DNA from: an uncultured virus (IMG/VR IMGVR_UViG_3300042397_001885) | Lineage: Duplodnaviria; Heunggongvirae; Uroviricota; Caudoviricetes | Length of the DNA: 64,000 nucleotides | Virus record (IMG/VR): IMGVR_UViG_3300042397_001885 | Strand: one strand, 5' to 3' | Part shown: positions 57,757-64,000 of the stretch, piece after piece | How positions within the stretch are numbered: position 1 is the stretch's first letter | Layout of the letters: every line of letters begins with the position of its first letter | Made by a program: the position numbers and the translations under genes | The notes under the pieces: generated by a model | The model's input: the letters and a program-made list of their open reading frames with translations, nothing else | Databases searched by the model: none | Told to the model about the DNA's origin: nothing

Positions 57757-59997
57757 TTAACCCCCTCCTCCACCAATGGATGCTACTGCACTAGAAAACT
57801 TTCCAACAATTACCCATCCAAAGCCTGTCCTGACAAGTGTTGCTGCTGCATACTGATCTATTGTAACATAGCCACTTGTAATTGTATCAGTTTCAGTAAA
57901 GTATGCAGGACCAATAGTTAATGGATTTCCTGCTATTGAAAGAACCGTTATCTGAGTTCCAACTGGAACCTGCATACCACCATCTACTATTATGTATGCC
58001 TGACCACCTTGATTTCCAAGAATAGTTCTTCCAGCATCTTCTTCTGATAGACTGTATGTATATGAATTACCAGAATCAAAAACTGGAGTGATTGTTTCTG
58101 GAGTAGCAAGTTGATATTCTACTGGCTTTTGTCCTAAAGATAATTGCCAATCATTGTAAGTGTTTTCAGCAGCAACTGTCCATTCAGATACATCTGATAC
58201 TTCAATTGAATTAACAAAAGAGTTAGATGCAGATCCTATTTCAGTTATCTCACCGTAAAAAGCTGCAGTTGGTTCTGACTTAGAAACTGCCCTTACAAGA
58301 TTTCCAACTTCAAACAATCCTGGGTCTCCAACAATTGATACAACATCTAATATAGCTGGTTTTGCAAAAGCTGTTGTAGGTGAAAGTGGTGCAGGTGGAA
58401 TATCTACTGCATCCCAAGGTAGTGGTAGTGGATTAGTTAACTTATATTCTTTTTTAGGAGGGGAAGCAATAGATAGTGTCCAATCATTAAATGTATCTTC
58501 TTCACTAGCATCCCAAGTTAATACTTCAAGGGGGTAGATATAGAATTGATCTGCAAAGTTTGCATATCCAATAGATCCAATATAAGCAAATACTTTAATT
58601 CCTGGATTTGATCTAGATGAAATAACTACATAGTCTCCAGGATTATAAGATCCACGATGGTATCCTTCAAAACTTCTTGAAGTTCCATATTGAATATCAG
58701 AAAGGAATGTTGAATAACTAATGTTGGTAAATGGAGCTTGAACCATTCCATCAGATACACTTATTCTCCTATCAAAATTATATCCAGGCTCAAAATGTGC
58801 TGAAAATATTGGAACTATTGCAGCAGCACTTGCAACTGTAGTAGACCAGTCACTATTATTTGACCATCTTTGAACAACTATTCTTGCAAATGTTGGATCT
58901 AATTGATAAATCCATCCTTCAATATAAGGACTGGCTGGTAGAGAAGGATCTTCAAAATGGAATTTTACATAATCTCCAACTCTATAGGAACTGTTTGAAA
59001 AATCTCCTGGAACTGTATACTGCATTCCTTCTGCCCAAGATGTGACACTATAAGCATTCCATACATAGCTTACATCGTCATAAAGCATATGAACATTTGA
59101 ATCATATGTTACTTCATATCCTGGACCTTGTGGTCCATCTGAGGCATGAAGGCTAAATGATAAAAAATAAGGAATGCTATTAATATCAACATAAACTTCT
59201 AAGCATTTTACCTCAAGACCGTCTGTTTGAGTTCCTTCTATATATTTTTGAATACCAAGAACTTCAAGTATTGCATAATCTTCAGGAATTGCTACACCAA
59301 ATTCGTCTAAGGATTGCATTCTAATTTTTTGTCCAACTTGATAAAGTCCAGGCTGCCCTTCAATTACATACTCTTCTCCTACACTTGCTGGTTTTGCAGG
59401 AGGTGCTGTCCTCACACCTGCTAAAGAATCTCCAACAGGATATATAAAAGGTGGAAATTCATATGTTGCCTTTGGTTCTGGTAAAAGTCCAGTAGTCCAT
59501 TCACCCAGGGTATTGCCTTCTTGAGACCCACCATTTATTCTTGTAGCAGTAAATCTATACTCGTTGTAATTATATTCAGGGTATTTTGTAATATCCCAGA
59601 TATATCCTTCAACAAAAACATCTGGATATATGGTATTTGCTGTTCCTATTGATCCACCACGATCAACATATACTGCTTTTATCCAGTCTCCAGCTTTAAA
59701 TAATGTATCTGCTCCAAAGATATAATATGAAGCACCAATAGAAGTATTGTTCATAGTTATTCCAGAGTTGATTGGGGGTAAATTTCCTTGGCTGTCAACA
59801 GTTGGATATATATCGTAGCTTAGACCGTCATCTCCTGCAACCTGTGCATATTGAAGAGAGATCCAAGAGGTATTTGATTTACCTATTTTAAATTTTCCAG
59901 TATCTGTTTCAAATCCAATTTCACCATCTGAAAGGGTGGGATCGTTTGCTGTCCAATTTGCAGCAGTATCTCTTCTAACTTGGATTCTTGTTGCCAT
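57757..59997 (-). CDS. tail fibre with Mtd/hyaluronidase-type N-terminus and five repeated beta domains
   Basis: True start MATRIQVRRDTAANW..NDPTL.DGEIGFETDTGKFKIG at 59997; C-terminal VPVGTQI...QYAAATLV. Confidence 0.8.
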   Translation of the reverse strand: MATRIQVRRDTAANWTANDPTLSDGEIGFETDTGKFKIGKSNTSWISLQYAQVAGDDGLSYDIYPTVDSQGNLPPINSGITMNNTSIGASYYIFGADTLFKAGDWIKAVYVDRGGSIGTANTIYPDVFVEGYIWDITKYPEYNYNEYRFTATRINGGSQEGNTLGEWTTGLLPEPKATYEFPPFIYPVGDSLAGVRTAPPAKPASVGEEYVIEGQPGLYQVGQKIRMQSLDEFGVAIPEDYAILEVLGIQKYIEGTQTDGLEVKCLEVYVDINSIPYFLSFSLHASDGPQGPGYEVTYDSNVHMLYDDVSYVWNAYSVTSWAEGMQYTVPGDFSNSSYRVGDYVKFHFEDPSLPASPYIEGWIYQLDPTFARIVVQRWSNNSDWSTTVASAAAIVPIFSAHFEPGYNFDRRISVSDGMVQAPFTNISYSTFLSDIQYGTSRSFEGYHRGSYNPGDYVVISSRSNPGIKVFAYIGSIGYANFADQFYIYPLEVLTWDASEEDTFNDWTLSIASPPKKEYKLTNPLPLPWDAVDIPPAPLSPTTAFAKPAILDVVSIVGDPGLFEVGNLVRAVSKSEPTAAFYGEITEIGSASNSFVNSIEVSDVSEWTVAAENTYNDWQLSLGQKPVEYQLATPETITPVFDSGNSYTYSLSEEDAGRTILGNQGGQAYIIVDGGMQVPVGTQITVLSIAGNPLTIGPAYFTETDTITSGYVTIDQYAAATLVRTGFGWVIVGKFSSAVASIGGGGG

Positions 59998-60211
59998 AAT
60001 AAAACTATTATAACATATATTCTTTACTATATCTTTACCATTGAAAAATTCCGCAAAAAATAAAAACGCAAAAAATCGGCGGAAATAGTACACATTTCAT
60101 CACTTTATAACTACGTTATTCTATGATAGATAAAAAGTTTTTTTAAACATTTACTATTTATTAAAATAATACGGGGTAAACATTATATGCAGATAGTCCC
60201 TAATGTGAAGA

Positions 60212-60970
60212 CTACAATCTCTTTTGATGATCTTTAAACTTTTCTCCGAAGGCATGTATTCCATTAAAATATCTTCTACCTGCAAGATGTGCTTTTTCTC
60301 TATCTTCATTTAATCTTTGACGACCAAATTCGTGGGAATCATTTCTTTCATTATTAATAAGTTCTTCTGAAAAATATTTATTAGCAGCAAGTAATTCAAA
60401 TTTATCTACAAAGTATCTTTGAATAGGAATAAAGGCAGCTAGGGCATCACCTTTTTTAACTTTAACTACCCTGCCTGGATCTGTAAGCTTTAGATTAAAG
60501 GAAAAGTCTCTTCTCATTTGATCTGCCTCAATTACTGCTGTCATTGCAACCATTCCTGGAATAAACATATTTGGTGGCTGAATTGTCATTAGGTTTATGC
60601 CTATTGGGGTTTTTAACTGAAAGTTGTTTTGTATAGTTAGGACACCCTCAGCAAATCCTGGATGAATGTTTTGCATATTTAAGTTATCATCACTATATGT
60701 TTTTACTTCTATGTCTTTTGGATTTCCAGATGAACCATCCCAAGTTGCATCAAAGTCGTATGCTGCCTTTAGGATAAAACCGTATTGATTACCTATGTTA
60801 AGGGGTAGACAATAATAGGCATGGTTATTAAACCAGTCTCTTTTAATATTACCCTTTAAAGATTCTATAATTTCTGGATATCTTTCATACTGTTCATCTC
60901 TACCAGTAAAAGGAATAACTACAATTTTATTTCTAGGAACTTCAAATCCATAATCATTTATGTAATTCAA
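60212..60970 (-). CDS. DUF6065-like protein
   Basis: KRDWFNNHAYYCLPLNIGNQYGF, PPN, VIEAD..R.DFSFN. Confidence 0.75.
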   Translation of the reverse strand: MNYINDYGFEVPRNKIVVIPFTGRDEQYERYPEIIESLKGNIKRDWFNNHAYYCLPLNIGNQYGFILKAAYDFDATWDGSSGNPKDIEVKTYSDDNLNMQNIHPGFAEGVLTIQNNFQLKTPIGINLMTIQPPNMFIPGMVAMTAVIEADQMRRDFSFNLKLTDPGRVVKVKKGDALAAFIPIQRYFVDKFELLAANKYFSEELINNERNDSHEFGRQRLNEDREKAHLAGRRYFNGIHAFGEKFKDHQKRL

Positions 60971-61549
60971 TTACAGAGTCCAACCATCAAAGTATTGCTT
61001 ATCCTTAGTCCAGAATGAAGCTAGGGTATATCTGATACCATCTTCTATTTTAGAGACTCCATGGAGGTGCTCTGGGTCTCCTGGGTGCACTGCAAGTTTT
61101 CCAGCAGCTGGGGCAATGTCAAAATTATAATTTGGATAATATGTATGTCCACCAGAGTAATCATCATTTAAATATATGATTGCTCCATAGTGTCTATGAT
61201 TAAACCATTCTAATGATTCTTTATGATCTTCATGAGCATCTGTCATATCGTCACAATGTGGATGTTGTTCCATACCAGGAAACCATCTAACTACTTGGAA
61301 TAAGTCTGGATATACCTCAGATAGGTTATACATATCCTTTATTTCTTTTTCCACTCTTTGACGAATTTTATATAGCATTCCCCCGATTTCTTTGCTATGT
61401 AAGTTGTATATGTTTATAGCATTAAGACTTCTATTATCCCAAAAGTCTGATCCGCCAGATTCCCATGGCTCTATTGCCTTAACAAAATTAATAATAGTTT
61501 GTGATTCTTCTTTAGTTAAGAAATTATCTACTGTTTTTGCTTTAAACAT
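60971..61549 (-). CDS. 2OG-Fe(II) oxygenase, prolyl 4-hydroxylase-like
   Basis: HCD (HxD), IIYLNDDYSGGHTY, HGVSKIEDGIRYT. Confidence 0.9.
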   Translation of the reverse strand: MFKAKTVDNFLTKEESQTIINFVKAIEPWESGGSDFWDNRSLNAINIYNLHSKEIGGMLYKIRQRVEKEIKDMYNLSEVYPDLFQVVRWFPGMEQHPHCDDMTDAHEDHKESLEWFNHRHYGAIIYLNDDYSGGHTYYPNYNFDIAPAAGKLAVHPGDPEHLHGVSKIEDGIRYTLASFWTKDKQYFDGWTL

Positions 61550-61573
61550 TTTTATCCTTTCAAAAATAAAAAA

Positions 61574-61654
61574 TTAGCTACCAGATAGTGTTGACAATAA
61601 GATTACTGTTATTGTAATCCAAAAGATGTATCTAGCATATTCTTTGTTACTCAT
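61574..61654 (-). CDS. possible 26-aa membrane peptide
   Basis: MSNKEYARYIFWITITVILLSTLSGS with AAGGA upstream. Confidence 0.35.
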   Translation of the reverse strand: MSNKEYARYIFWITITVILLSTLSGS

Positions 61655-61858
61655 TTTCCTTAATCCTTGTTTTTTCAATAATTTCATCCCCCTGCCCCCT
61701 GCAAATTTTTACACTTTTTTGATTCATTGCATTCATAGTATAAGAGTGTTTTTAATGCTTGTCAAATTGAGTTCCACCAAACATTGAACTATTAAATTAT
61801 TTGTAACACAATTGTAACATATCATCTCACATATTGAGATATATATTTATATACCCGC

Positions 61859-61919
61859 AAAATCTGAATATTTTTATATTTGCAGCTAGATCCCATTTTG
61901 AAGAAAATCTGAATATTTT
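61859..61919. repeat. 16-bp direct repeat AAAATCTGAATATTTT x2
   Basis: Exact copies at 61859-61874 and 61904-61919. Confidence 0.85.
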
Positions 61920-61944
61920 GTTAAAGTGTATGATGCGTAAAAAT

Positions 61945-61973
61945 AGAAAAAGCTCACTTTTTTATTAGTGAGC
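61945..61973 (-). terminator. intrinsic terminator of the leftward early genes
   Basis: GCTCACT-AATAAAAA-AGTGAGC then TTTTTCTATTTTT on the minus strand. Confidence 0.75.
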
Positions 61974-61991
61974 CCATCCTATTAGATAATA

Positions 61992-62177
61992 CTAGATGAA
62001 TTCGAATTCTGCAACCTCTTCACAGTTCAAACAATTGTCTAAATCTTCACAATAACAACCGTGAAACTCTCCAGCACAATCTTGACAATAGAGAACACTC
62101 TTTGACTTTGAATTTCTAGAATTGAAAGCCTTTCCAATTCGATGTCCTTGATGTTCTAAAATTATAGAATTAATCAT
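61992..62177 (-). CDS. small Cys-rich hypothetical protein
   Basis: CQDC, CYC, CLNC; part of a leftward three-gene unit. Confidence 0.65.
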   Translation of the reverse strand: MINSIILEHQGHRIGKAFNSRNSKSKSVLYCQDCAGEFHGCYCEDLDNCLNCEEVAEFEFI

Positions 62178-62180
62178 TTC

Positions 62181-62369
62181 TTACCCCTCTAACATTTCAC
62201 AGATAACAGCACCTATGGCAGATGCTAAGCCAATAATAAAAGTAACTAGCATAACTGTTGGAGTCATCCAACTAAAGCCAATCACTAAAAGTTGTAGTTG
62301 TAGTAGTAGTGCAGGTAGTGAGAACACTGCAATGAATACTAATGGTGCAATTAGATTGTAAACAAACAT
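62181..62369 (-). CDS. small membrane protein
   Basis: Two hydrophobic helices; GAGGT RBS. Confidence 0.65.
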   Translation of the reverse strand: MFVYNLIAPLVFIAVFSLPALLLQLQLLVIGFSWMTPTVMLVTFIIGLASAIGAVICEMLEG

Positions 62370-62495
62370 TTAGAATACCTCGTATTCGTCAGGCTCACAG
62401 ATGATACAGTAACCGTTAGTTTCCCAATCGGTTAGTTTGTCACCACACTCTACACACTTTGTAGTAGTGATGTTCTCGTATGCTAGTTCAGTCAT
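62370..62495 (-). CDS. 41-aa Zn-finger peptide (not in ORF track)
   Basis: MTELAYENITTTKCVECGDKLTDWETNGYCIICEPDEYEVF; AAACGAAAGGAAG RBS. Confidence 0.7.
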   Translation of the reverse strand: MTELAYENITTTKCVECGDKLTDWETNGYCIICEPDEYEVF

Positions 62496-62529
62496 TTTGT
62501 GACTTCCTTTCGTTTGTTTCTATGTTCTA

Positions 62530-62555
62530 AACTTAGCAGATACCACTGACAAAAT
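62530..62555 (-). promoter_or_regulatory. early-type promoter TGTCAG-N7-TGCTAAGTT
   Basis: Same geometry as the three plus-strand copies. Confidence 0.65.
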
Positions 62556-62597
62556 CAAGCCAGAATCGCCTTTTTTAGGTTAACATTGGGTGAACAA

Positions 62598-62743
62598 TAA
62601 TTCACAGGTTATCCACAGGATCCAGGCTGCGCCCCGTTTTCCACAGGTTATCCACACCCTGTTAAGAAGGTGTTAATGAGTCCCCATTTTCTGTGTATAA
62701 GTATGGTAGTTATGTGTATAAGTTGTTAATAAGATGTGTATAA
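62598..62743. promoter_or_regulatory. cluster of DnaA boxes
   Basis: TTATCCACA at 62609 and 62648, TTTTCCACA at 62637, TGTGTATAA at 62692, 62713, 62735; one-mismatch boxes at 62598 and 62724. Confidence 0.8.
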
Positions 62744-62747
62744 CTAA

Positions 62748-62763
62748 TGTGATGAGGGTCACA
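62748..62763. promoter_or_regulatory. CRP/GlxR-type site TGTGA-N6-TCACA
   Basis: TGTGATGAGGGTCACA, perfect consensus, upstream of the first rightward promoter. Confidence 0.6.
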
Positions 62764-62796
62764 AAAATAATTCTAAAACACCCCCCAAAAAGGGGC

Positions 62797-62823
62797 AAAA
62801 CTGTCAGACCCCTCTGCTAAGAT
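62797..62823 (+). promoter_or_regulatory. early-type promoter repeat, copy 1
   Basis: AAAACTGTCAGACCCCTCTGCTAAGAT. Confidence 0.75.
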
Positions 62824-62839
62824 GAAATCATAAAGCAGT

Positions 62840-62894
62840 TGAGAGTGAGCCTAGCAAATAATCCCGAAAGGGTGAGCCTAGCAAATAAATCTCA
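62840..62894 (+). ncRNA. candidate structured leader RNA with twin 17-nt repeats
   Basis: TGAGA/TCTCA outer stem; GTGAGCCTAGCAAATAA at 62845 and 62872 flanking a CCC-GAAA-GGG tetraloop hairpin. Confidence 0.55.
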
Positions 62895-62916
62895 CACAAA
62901 CGAAAGGTAAACCAAA

Positions 62917-63066
62917 ATGGCTTACACTAAAATAAAAAATGCAAGACTGCTAGTAGATGCAGTCAATGGCTTAGAGTTAATACTCAAGCACGACCCAACC
63001 AATCAACGAATGATTGACTACTACAATCTACAAATAAAACTTTTGACTAGACGTGTCTACCGTTAA
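62917..63066 (+). CDS. 49-aa hypothetical protein (not in ORF track)
   Basis: MAYTKIKNARLLVDAVNGLELILKHDPTNQRMIDYYNLQIKLLTRRVYR; AAACGAAAGGT RBS. Confidence 0.7.
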   Translation: MAYTKIKNARLLVDAVNGLELILKHDPTNQRMIDYYNLQIKLLTRRVYR

Positions 63067-63091
63067 AACTGTCAGACCTCTATGCTAAGAT
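63065..63091 (+). promoter_or_regulatory. early-type promoter repeat, copy 2
   Basis: AAAACTGTCAGACCTCTATGCTAAGAT. Confidence 0.75.
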
Positions 63092-63123
63092 AAAACTAAT
63101 AAACGAAAGAAAGGTAAGACAAA

Positions 63124-63333
63124 ATGACTTACACTGAAATAATGGAAGAGGTAGTTACCCCAGCAGGTAACACTTTCTACAATACCATTCGCTACTATGA
63201 CGAATGCGAGATTTGCCAATCTGCTATGGCTAAAGGTGAGATGCCTTTCATCTCTCACGATAACTGCCTATACAAGGGTAAGCGTATCATTGGTCACTCA
63301 CTAGGTCACTGTACCGCAGGGAGTTGCTACTAA
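63124..63333 (+). CDS. small Cys/His-rich hypothetical protein
   Basis: CEIC, SHDNC, GHSLGHCTAGSCY; GAAAGGT RBS. Confidence 0.75.
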   Translation: MTYTEIMEEVVTPAGNTFYNTIRYYDECEICQSAMAKGEMPFISHDNCLYKGKRIIGHSLGHCTAGSCY

Positions 63334-63464
63334 TGAATAGATGCGAAAACTGTGATGAGTGGTCAGAGTGGAAATCCTGCCCTGCCTGTGATGAATCTAT
63401 CTGTGGCTATTGTGTCTACTATGTAGAGCAAGACCTAACTAGTTGCGACAGATTAGGTCACTAA
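63333..63464 (+). CDS. 43-aa Zn-finger peptide (not in ORF track)
   Basis: MNRCENCDEWSEWKSCPACDESICGYCVYYVEQDLTSCDRLGH; TAATG coupling to the previous gene. Confidence 0.7.
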   Translation: MNRCENCDEWSEWKSCPACDESICGYCVYYVEQDLTSCDRLGH

Positions 63465-63490
63465 AAACTGTCAGACCTCTCTGATAGTAT
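63464..63490 (+). promoter_or_regulatory. early-type promoter repeat, copy 3
   Basis: AAAACTGTCAGACCTCTCTGATAGTAT. Confidence 0.75.
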
Positions 63491-63525
63491 CAACTTAACA
63501 AACAAACAAACGAAAGGTGGTCACA

Positions 63526-63750
63526 ATGACTACACTAAACACCAAAGACTTTCTAGAGTCTTACAAGGCTTTGCACAATGCAAAGTATTCAACACTAAAT
63601 GCAAATGAGCATCTTGTTCTTGCAACAATTCTAACCGTTTCTATTGAGTGGTCAAAGTCACTTGATGAGGTTCAGAAATTACTAGACAAGAAAACTCAAG
63701 AACAAAATCTTGAACTACAATTCTTCCAAAATGCAAAGGCAGGAAAATAA
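63526..63750 (+). CDS. hypothetical protein
   Basis: AAACGAAAGGTG RBS before ATG at 63526. Confidence 0.7.
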   Translation: MTTLNTKDFLESYKALHNAKYSTLNANEHLVLATILTVSIEWSKSLDEVQKLLDKKTQEQNLELQFFQNAKAGK

Positions 63751-63751
63751 A

Positions 63752-63934
63752 ATGATGACACGCAAAGACTACATAGCAACTGCAAAGATTTTTAATTCTT
63801 ATGCAGAAGCAGGACAAGACAACCTTTTGATTTCTTCACTTGTAAAAAGTATGGTAGAAGATTTTGCAGACTTATTCGCAAATGATAATCCAAACTTTGA
63901 TGAGCAAAGATTTCTAGATGCGGTAGGTGTGTAA
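63752..63934 (+). CDS. small phage protein (MTRKDY...DNPNFD..RF type)
   Basis: MMTRKDYIATAKI...FANDNPNFDEQRFLDA; AGGA RBS. Confidence 0.75.
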   Translation: MMTRKDYIATAKIFNSYAEAGQDNLLISSLVKSMVEDFADLFANDNPNFDEQRFLDAVGV

Positions 63935-64000
63935 TGAGATTTGCACATAGCAAAATTGACGGTACTTTCGTAATTGGAATTAGTTTTTCAAATTACTACA
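63934..64000 (+). CDS. hypothetical protein, truncated by the window end
   Basis: TAATG coupling; MRFAHSKIDGTFVIGISFSNYY open to the edge. Confidence 0.55.
   Translation, partial: MRFAHSKIDGTFVIGISFSNYY

Noticed and set aside
59998..60093. Signal-peptide-like N-terminal extension MYYFRRFFAFLFF on the 57757 fibre
   Set aside because: The family N-terminus begins at MATRIQ (59997), and a TGTTATAAT promoter element lies inside the extension
62797..63490. CRISPR array from the 27-bp repeats
   Set aside because: Spacing is 268 and 399 bp with whole ORFs between; the repeats look like promoters; no cas genes
1..64000. Stop-codon reassignment, introns/inteins, tRNAs, integrase
   Set aside because: Genes tile densely in the standard code with all three stops in use; DnaB and NrdJ are normal length; I saw no tRNA cloverleaf or recombinase motif, though a tRNAscan run would be needed to be sure

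Overview
This is about 64 kb of an AT-rich, large-genome tailed phage (siphovirus), with almost all genes on the minus strand. Read right to left, it holds accessory fibre/appendage genes and modification enzymes, a glycosyltransferase, class II RNR, portal, protease/scaffold, capsid, neck and tail genes, a frameshifted tail chaperone, a 3135-aa tape measure, minor tail proteins, an HTH protein, DnaB, primase, SSB and the start of DnaE. That order recalls Streptomyces BE/BK-type and uncultured freshwater actinophages; this comes from my recall of those families, not from a search. At about 62.5-62.8 kb the coding strand flips into small early-type genes, across an intergenic region with a phased DnaA-box cluster, a perfect CRP-type site, a repeated promoter motif and a twin-repeat structured leader. 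The most interesting signals are: (1) the tape measure looks like a polyprotein carrying cargo, including a HipA/PI3K-like kinase fold, between near-identical 39-aa repeats; (2) the same unknown ~80-aa domain sits in both the tape measure and the large tail protein; (3) a possible virion glycosylation system (prolyl-hydroxylase-like enzyme, Skp1-type hydroxyproline GlcNAc transferase, 28- and 17-residue polyprolines, pervasive SAS/SGS motifs); (4) the DnaA-box array; (5) a 22-Cys near-symmetric ladder in a putative fibre-tip protein. All functional calls are motif recognition by eye.
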